46,483 nucleotides of DNA. It comes from Dimargaris cristalligena. Taxonomy: Eukaryota. The notes under the pieces were generated by a model. The model did not search any database. It saw nothing but the letters and a program-made list of their open reading frames with translations, and had not been told where the DNA came from. The DNA is taken from contig ML002294.1 in NCBI GenBank assembly GCA_003614675.1, forward strand, positions 1-46,483, given 5' to 3'. The translations under genes were made by a program, and so were the position numbers. Of the stretch, positions 46,114 through 46,483 are shown piece by piece; within the stretch, counting starts at the first letter, position 1; every line of letters starts with the position of its first letter.

Positions 46114-46483
46114 TATAGCCTAGGTTAACTACTCTTAATAAATTAAGAGTCCCAAGGGTAGGCTTCTAAAGGTAGGTGGGGCTTAGGCTTGGCTAAGTGG
46201 GCTGCTAGCATTAGGTACAGGCATGATACTAACTAATAAAGGCTTTAAGTAATCAGTTTATGTAAGGGACATACAGCAGGCACACTTTACAGGTTAGTAT
46301 GAGGGGTGAGCATATATAGAGTTTATTAGGGTAAACTAGGGGGGTAAGAATAAGCTAAGGTGCTAACCGGTCCCCAAGGGGAGCCCAGTTATATATACGC
46401 TGAGGATGCCTCCGAAGGGAGGTCCTGAAGGGGGAACTACATAATGGCTAACAATAAGGTGGACCGGCTGGCCCTCAGTTGAG
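46114..46483 (-). mobile_element. Second copy of the same LTR family, inverted, truncated by the window end
   Basis: Matches the reverse complement of about 41300-41660, including the identical run tactaactaataaaggctttaagtaatcagtttatgtaagggacatacag and tatatagagtttattagggtaaacta. Confidence 0.85.

Overview
Eukaryotic, fungal-type genomic DNA: GC-rich exons, GT-AG introns of about 125-365 nt with CTAAC/CTAAT-like branch sites, and no prokaryotic features. The gene set and style suggest an early-diverging fungus such as Zoopagomycota (inference only). I reconstructed 11 protein genes by hand: TFIIF large subunit (TFG1), retromer sorting nexin VPS5, a Zrg17/ZnT6-like CDF transporter, a SERCA Ca2+-ATPase, a bacterial-type NagD HAD-IIA phosphatase split by 8 introns, gamma-tubulin complex GCP2/SPC97, mitochondrial TyrRS, Lunapark, a Kid/KIF22-like kinesin-10, an SRA1-like protein and TRAX. 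The two gene-poor gaps (about 23-29 kb and 39-43 kb) hold three diverged same-orientation copies of a roughly 2 kb unit. Each copy carries a colinear 72-codon minus-strand ORF with a TATA-like box, a stop codon in a hairpin and an AATAAA, which looks like an undescribed microprotein family. One copy is interrupted by a solo LTR with a 5-bp target duplication. CpG has been almost erased for about 0.5 kb on each side of that LTR, and CpA->TpA changes are also present. A second, inverted copy of the LTR runs off the right end. Alignments and counts were done by eye and no database searches were run.
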